From Thermoproteota archaeon (GTDB taxonomy: Archaea; Korarchaeota; Korarchaeia; Korarchaeales; Korarchaeaceae): a stretch of DNA of 20,539 nucleotides. Below are positions 16,424 through 20,539 of the stretch, piece after piece. Location: contig WALU01000028.1 of NCBI GenBank assembly GCA_015522685.1, positions 1 through 20,539 of the forward strand. The letters are read 5' to 3'. Position numbers and translations under genes: made by a program. Numbering within the stretch: the stretch's first letter is position 1; each line of letters opens with the position of its first letter. Below the pieces are notes generated by a model. That model was not told the DNA's origin, ran no database searches, and saw only the letters and a list, made by a program, of their open reading frames with translations.

Positions 16424-18205
16424 TTATAATCTTCTCAAGATGATCCAGAGCATTATTACTATAATGACCGCCACAACTGCAAGAAGCAGGATCAATGCCG
16501 GACCATATTTGATACACTCTTTTCCTATCTTTTCAGTTTTTTCCGTTTCAGCCGCTTCCGCTTTTGAGCTTGAAGTAAGAACTCCGACAGAAGAGGCTCT
16601 AGCTTTAGGCTTCAGGTTTAAGATAGTCCATCTATTGATTATCCAGTCGAACTTCACCGGCACCCATCCTTCGAATCTATCCGTCCTGTAGGGATTTATT
16701 ATCACAGGATAATAAAGTGTTATTAGCGGGAGAATCATGGCCAATCTCTCTTGTATTTTGCAAACTATTTCCTTTCTTTTAGTTATATTTAGAGTAGCAG
16801 CTTGCTCCTCAAGCAGACCATCTAATTCGGTATAGGAGAGTCCATAATAGTTAGCTGAGGCATTGGTTTCGAACCTTATCCTCATGAAATCAGGGTCAGC
16901 CCATGTGCTTGATCCAAGTATGAAGCTATCAAACTTGTGAGCCTTTATACCGGGCCATATTACCCCTCTCCAGTCTCCAACCCTGACTTTAACCATCACT
17001 CCTATTTTCTTTAGGTAATTCTTTATCATACCAGCAGCTCTTACCCTCGCAGGATCAGAGCTTGGGACATATATCTCAAATGCTACCTTTCTACCACTTG
17101 GCGTCTCCCTTATACCATCTCCATTTCTATCTATCCACCCAAGATTATCTAAGATCTTCTTAGCCTTCTCAGGATTATATGAATACATCCTTGCTGCTCT
17201 CTCACAATACCATTCTTTCCATACAGGAGGGATAACTCCATAGCTCCCAACTTCTCCTGCTCCCAATCTCGCTATCTTAACTATCTCGCTCAGGTTTATA
17301 GCATAAGCCATAGCTTCTCTAAATTTAGATTCATTGAACGGAAATCTATCTAGATTGAAGCCCCAGTGATAGAAATATGGTCTTAAGTACCTGTGAACCT
17401 TCACGCCTGAAGATTCCAAGTCTTTTTCGACTGCGGGGTTTATTGCTAAATGTATAGCCACATCTATCTCGCCCTTCTTTATCATAAGCACTTGAACATC
17501 TCCATCGCTCACGAACCGTGTGACTATGTTTTTAACAGCAGGTGTGCCTCTCCAATAATCCTTATTTGCAATTAACTTGATATATTCGTTAGTTTTGTAT
17601 TCAGCAATTTTATAGGGGCCTGTTCCGACAACTTCAGAGAGTTTAGGTTCGTATTTAGAGGCAATAAACCCCTTCTTGTTGACTATCGGTTCCCATAAAT
17701 GTTTGGGTATTATTGGATCGGTAAACATTGTATTGACTACCGCCACAAAGGGCTTGGTGAGATACAGCCTTAATGTGTAGTTATCTAGGATTTCTACATG
17801 ATCCAAGTACTCCATATCGTAGTGACCCCTTCTAGCAGTTGCATCCTTCTTGAAGTAGTCAAAGGTGAACTTTACGTCCTCAGCTGTTAATGGAAGTCCA
17901 TCCTGCCATTTTATTCCCTTCCTCAACTTAATAGTCCATACTCTACCATCAGGAGAAGTTTGCCATGATTCTGCCAGCCAAGGAATAAACTTAGATTCTG
18001 GACTTATAACCGCTAAAGGTTCATATATGAGATTAAGGATCGTTATGGTCCACGTAGAAGTGCCAGACCATATATTAAGTGTTTGAGGTGGGCTAGGTAA
18101 GGCAATTCTCAATGTAGAATTATCAGCATTGACTGGAGAGAGGCTAGGCAGCAATATGACTGAAAACAAGAGAGATATAAATAGAAGGCTCCTTATCCTA
18201 GCCAT
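16424..18205 (-). CDS. dppA: Family 5 solute-binding protein (DppA/OppA type) with signal peptide and C-terminal membrane anchor
   Basis: IYEPL, PWLAESW, LRKGIKWQDG.PLTAEDVKFTF, VGTGPYK and DRNGDG motifs; Ser/Ala/Glu-rich linker, TM helix and RR tail. Confidence 0.92.
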   Translation of the reverse strand: MARIRSLLFISLLFSVILLPSLSPVNADNSTLRIALPSPPQTLNIWSGTSTWTITILNLIYEPLAVISPESKFIPWLAESWQTSPDGRVWTIKLRKGIKWQDGLPLTAEDVKFTFDYFKKDATARRGHYDMEYLDHVEILDNYTLRLYLTKPFVAVVNTMFTDPIIPKHLWEPIVNKKGFIASKYEPKLSEVVGTGPYKIAEYKTNEYIKLIANKDYWRGTPAVKNIVTRFVSDGDVQVLMIKKGEIDVAIHLAINPAVEKDLESSGVKVHRYLRPYFYHWGFNLDRFPFNESKFREAMAYAINLSEIVKIARLGAGEVGSYGVIPPVWKEWYCERAARMYSYNPEKAKKILDNLGWIDRNGDGIRETPSGRKVAFEIYVPSSDPARVRAAGMIKNYLKKIGVMVKVRVGDWRGVIWPGIKAHKFDSFILGSSTWADPDFMRIRFETNASANYYGLSYTELDGLLEEQAATLNITKRKEIVCKIQERLAMILPLITLYYPVIINPYRTDRFEGWVPVKFDWIINRWTILNLKPKARASSVGVLTSSSKAEAAETEKTEKIGKECIKYGPALILLLAVVAVIIVIMLWIILRRL

Positions 18206-18233
18206 ATCAGGTCTCTCATTAGATAACTGATTT

Positions 18234-18252
18234 GTTAAAAAGCATTTTTAAC
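18234..18252. promoter_or_regulatory. Palindromic bidirectional promoter or operator GTTAAAAA-GCA-TTTTTAAC
   Basis: Perfect 8-bp inverted repeat in the 67-bp gap between divergent dppA and dppD. Each strand reads an A-rich BRE-like run followed by a TTTTTAA box. Confidence 0.6.
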
Positions 18253-18272
18253 CAGCATATAAACCTGCTTCT

Positions 18273-19271
18273 TTGGTGAATGCCATAGGCACTTCTCAGC
18301 AATGCAATCCAAGGCACATAGTAGAGGCTAAAGATCTTAAAGTGATTTATAAAACAGGTTTAGGTAGTATAGAAGCTGTTTCCGGAGTATCTCTTTACAT
18401 AGATTCTGGAGAGTTCCTTGGGCTTGTTGGAGAGTCTGGAAGTGGAAAGAGTACATTAGCTTACTCCTTCCTCAGGAAAGTTCCTTATCCAGGCAAAATA
18501 GTGGGGGGTAAAATATTCCTCCGATGTAGGGATATAATGTCCTTTTCCGAGGAAAGAATGCGTAGGATCAGATGGAAAGAAATAAGCATAATCCCTCAAG
18601 CTGCAATGAACGCTCTCAATCCAGTATACAGAGTAGGAGATCAAATAGCCGAAGTTATAATGGAGCATGAAGGTATTGGTAAGAGAGAAGCCTTATCGAG
18701 AGCTGAGGATTTGTTAGATCTAGTTGGAATTGAAAGGCAGAGATCAAGGAGCTATCCTCATGAATTATCAGGTGGCCAGAGGCAGCGGGTAATGATATCA
18801 ATGGCTTTAGCGCTAAACCCTTCTCTTATAATAGCGGATGAGCCTACTACTGCTCTAGATGCGATTGCCCAAGTTCATATACTAAACTTGTTCAAGGAGC
18901 TGAGGAGTAAGAGAGGTCTGTCCTTACTTTTCATAAGCCACGACATATCGACGGTGCTCGAGCTTACTGATAGGATAGCAGTTATGTATGCAGGTAGAAT
19001 ATTGGAGGTAGGACCTGCCAATAAAATATTTAGTGATCCATTACATCCGTATACAAAAGCGCTAATTAGAGCCATCCCTCAAATAGGAGGGGAGAGAGGA
19101 AAGCTCTGTTATATTCCGGGCTCTCCTCCCAATCCTATAGATATACCATCTGGTTGCGTATTTCATCCAAGGTGTACTGAAGCATTTGAACCTTGTGATA
19201 AGGAGGAGCCTGAGCTCATAGAGGTGGAAAAAGACAGATTTGTAGCCTGTCACCTATTTTCTAGAAAATAA
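18273..19271 (+). CDS. dppD: Peptide ABC transporter ATP-binding protein, DppD/OppD type
   Basis: Walker [30 protein letters not shown]-loop ISHD, and HPYT plus GC.FHPRC...C...ACH C-terminal domain. Start TTG 18273 or GTG 18276. Confidence 0.92.
   Translation: MVNAIGTSQQCNPRHIVEAKDLKVIYKTGLGSIEAVSGVSLYIDSGEFLGLVGESGSGKSTLAYSFLRKVPYPGKIVGGKIFLRCRDIMSFSEERMRRIRWKEISIIPQAAMNALNPVYRVGDQIAEVIMEHEGIGKREALSRAEDLLDLVGIERQRSRSYPHELSGGQRQRVMISMALALNPSLIIADEPTTALDAIAQVHILNLFKELRSKRGLSLLFISHDISTVLELTDRIAVMYAGRILEVGPANKIFSDPLHPYTKALIRAIPQIGGERGKLCYIPGSPPNPIDIPSGCVFHPRCTEAFEPCDKEEPELIEVEKDRFVACHLFSRK
19131..19255 (+). repeat. 125-bp perfect direct repeat, copy 1 (3' end of dppD)
   Basis: Base-for-base identical to 20130-20254. 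Confidence 0.95.
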
Positions 19272-19283
19272 ATAGGTGATTAG

Positions 19284-20264
19284 ATGCTTATAGAGGTTAG
19301 AGATTTAAGGAAGTATTTTCCTGTTGGAGGAAGCTGGTCTGATATACTAAAAAGGAAGCATAAACTGCTAAGAGCTGTAAATGGTCTTAACTTCAACATA
19401 GAGAGGAATGAGGTCTTCTGCCTAACAGGTGAATCTGGATGTGGCAAAAGCACGACAGGCAGGCTGCTGGTTAGGTTACTGAAGCCCACATCTGGTCAAG
19501 TAATCTTCGAAGAAAAGAACATCTATGATATAGCTCCAAGGGAATTTAGGAAGTATAGGAAGGAAATGCAGATAATTTTTCAAGATCCCTATGAATCGCT
19601 AAATCCCAGAATGAGTATATATGAGCTTTTAGAGGAGCCACTTCGTATACATAATATTGGAGATGATGAGGAGAGGCTCGATCTTATATATCGATCCCTG
19701 AGGGATGTAGGACTGGAACCACCTAGGGACTTCATGGTTCGCTATCCCTACCAACTATCAGGTGGCCAGAGGCAGCGGGTAATGATAGCGAGGGCTATGA
19801 TCTTAAATCCGAAATTTTTAGTTGCAGATGAGCCAGTCAGTATGCTTGATGCATCCGTGAGGGCTGGTATACTTAAGCTAATGATGGAGCTTAAGGAAAA
19901 GCGCAACCTTACTTACTTTTTCATAACTCACGATCTATCCGTCGCTTATCACATATGCGATAGGATAGCTGTGATGTATTTAGGCAAGATAGTAGAGTTA
20001 GGGCCTACATATAGAGTGATCCTTGATCCATTACATCCGTATACAAAAGCGCTAGTAGAGGCTGTGTCTAGGGGCGAGATAATGTATAGAAGAAGACCAA
20101 AGGACATTTCGATAAAGGGAGAAGTATCTAATCCTATAGATATACCATCTGGTTGCGTATTTCATCCAAGGTGTACTGAAGCATTTGAACCTTGTGATAA
20201 GGAGGAGCCTGAGCTCATAGAGGTGGAAAAAGACAGATTTGTAGCCTGTCACCTGTATAAATAA
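19284..20264 (+). CDS. dppF: Peptide ABC transporter ATP-binding protein, DppF/OppF type
   Basis: [45 protein letters not shown] and Cys-rich tail. SD AGGTGA. Confidence 0.92.
   Translation: MLIEVRDLRKYFPVGGSWSDILKRKHKLLRAVNGLNFNIERNEVFCLTGESGCGKSTTGRLLVRLLKPTSGQVIFEEKNIYDIAPREFRKYRKEMQIIFQDPYESLNPRMSIYELLEEPLRIHNIGDDEERLDLIYRSLRDVGLEPPRDFMVRYPYQLSGGQRQRVMIARAMILNPKFLVADEPVSMLDASVRAGILKLMMELKEKRNLTYFFITHDLSVAYHICDRIAVMYLGKIVELGPTYRVILDPLHPYTKALVEAVSRGEIMYRRRPKDISIKGEVSNPIDIPSGCVFHPRCTEAFEPCDKEEPELIEVEKDRFVACHLYK
20130..20254 (+). repeat. 125-bp perfect direct repeat, copy 2 (3' end of dppF)
   Basis: Base-for-base identical to 19131-19255. Confidence 0.95.
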
Positions 20265-20306
20265 TTTTAGTGGAAGAAAGTGAGGAGAGCCTGGGAATCA
20301 CGATAG

Positions 20307-20539
20307 TTATCCTGAGAGGAACTTTTCTAATTCCCTCTTGAAACTCTTCTCGAGTTTGTCGTATTCCCCTATCAATGAGCTGATTGCGTCCTTAAGAACA
20401 GCTCTTGGATCTGATCCTTCCTTAACTCTTAGGAAAATTAAGCCTTCTTCCTTCAGAGGGTGAGGTACATCGTAGCCAGTGAATTCGACGTCATCCCTCG
20501 AATTAAGTTCTTCAACAATAGGGGTAAGTAATGTATAGG
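20307..20539 (-). CDS. rpoL: DNA-directed RNA polymerase subunit L (Rpo11), 5' end outside window
   Basis: Not in the ORF track. Manual translation YTLLTPIVEELNSRDDVEFTGYDVPHPLKEEGLIFLRVKEGSDPRAVLKDAI...; the VEFxGYxxPHPL motif is the Rpo11/RPB11 signature. Stop at 20307-20309. Confidence 0.9.
   Translation of the reverse strand, partial: YTLLTPIVEELNSRDDVEFTGYDVPHPLKEEGLIFLRVKEGSDPRAVLKDAISSLIGEYDKLEKSFKRELEKFLSG

Noticed and set aside
1213-20252. Many antisense or alternative-frame ORFs in the track (e.g. 1213..1593, 5848..6087, 8094..8348, 8546..9049, 10038..10358, 14793..15026, 19062..19253, 20052..20252)
   Set aside because: They overlap well-supported genes and show no family motifs. 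The similarity between 19062..19253 and 20052..20252 only reflects the 125-bp repeat.
19131-20254. Diversity-generating retroelement TR/VR pair
   Set aside because: The copies are identical with no adenine-specific mismatches, both are coding, and there is no reverse transcriptase.

Overview
Archaeal chromosomal segment, probably from a (hyper)thermophile. Evidence: partial rpoL/Rpo11, archaeal-type Asd, GGAGGTGA-type SD sites, BRE/TATA promoters and an intein-bearing class II RNR. Left to right: two decayed gene remnants (VapB/DUF217-like antitoxin, GT2 fragment); a minus-strand block of ferritin-like protein, CobO-type adenosyltransferase, NrdJ with a 395-aa LAGLIDADG intein at the catalytic Cys, and dCTP deaminase; a wHTH-lysC-asd unit whose 5' region has three 17-nt hairpin-forming repeats and a 22-codon uORF; an AT-rich decayed R-M islet (intact beta-class MTase, broken BsaWI-like REase, broken RHH gene); a Yip1/DUF4097/ArsR module; a COG3375 GNAT; and a Dpp/Opp ABC transporter split into two divergent arms around a palindromic promoter, with perfectly identical tracts shared by the two ATPase genes. 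No tRNA, rRNA or CRISPR array was seen. Family assignments come from motif recognition only; no database search was run.
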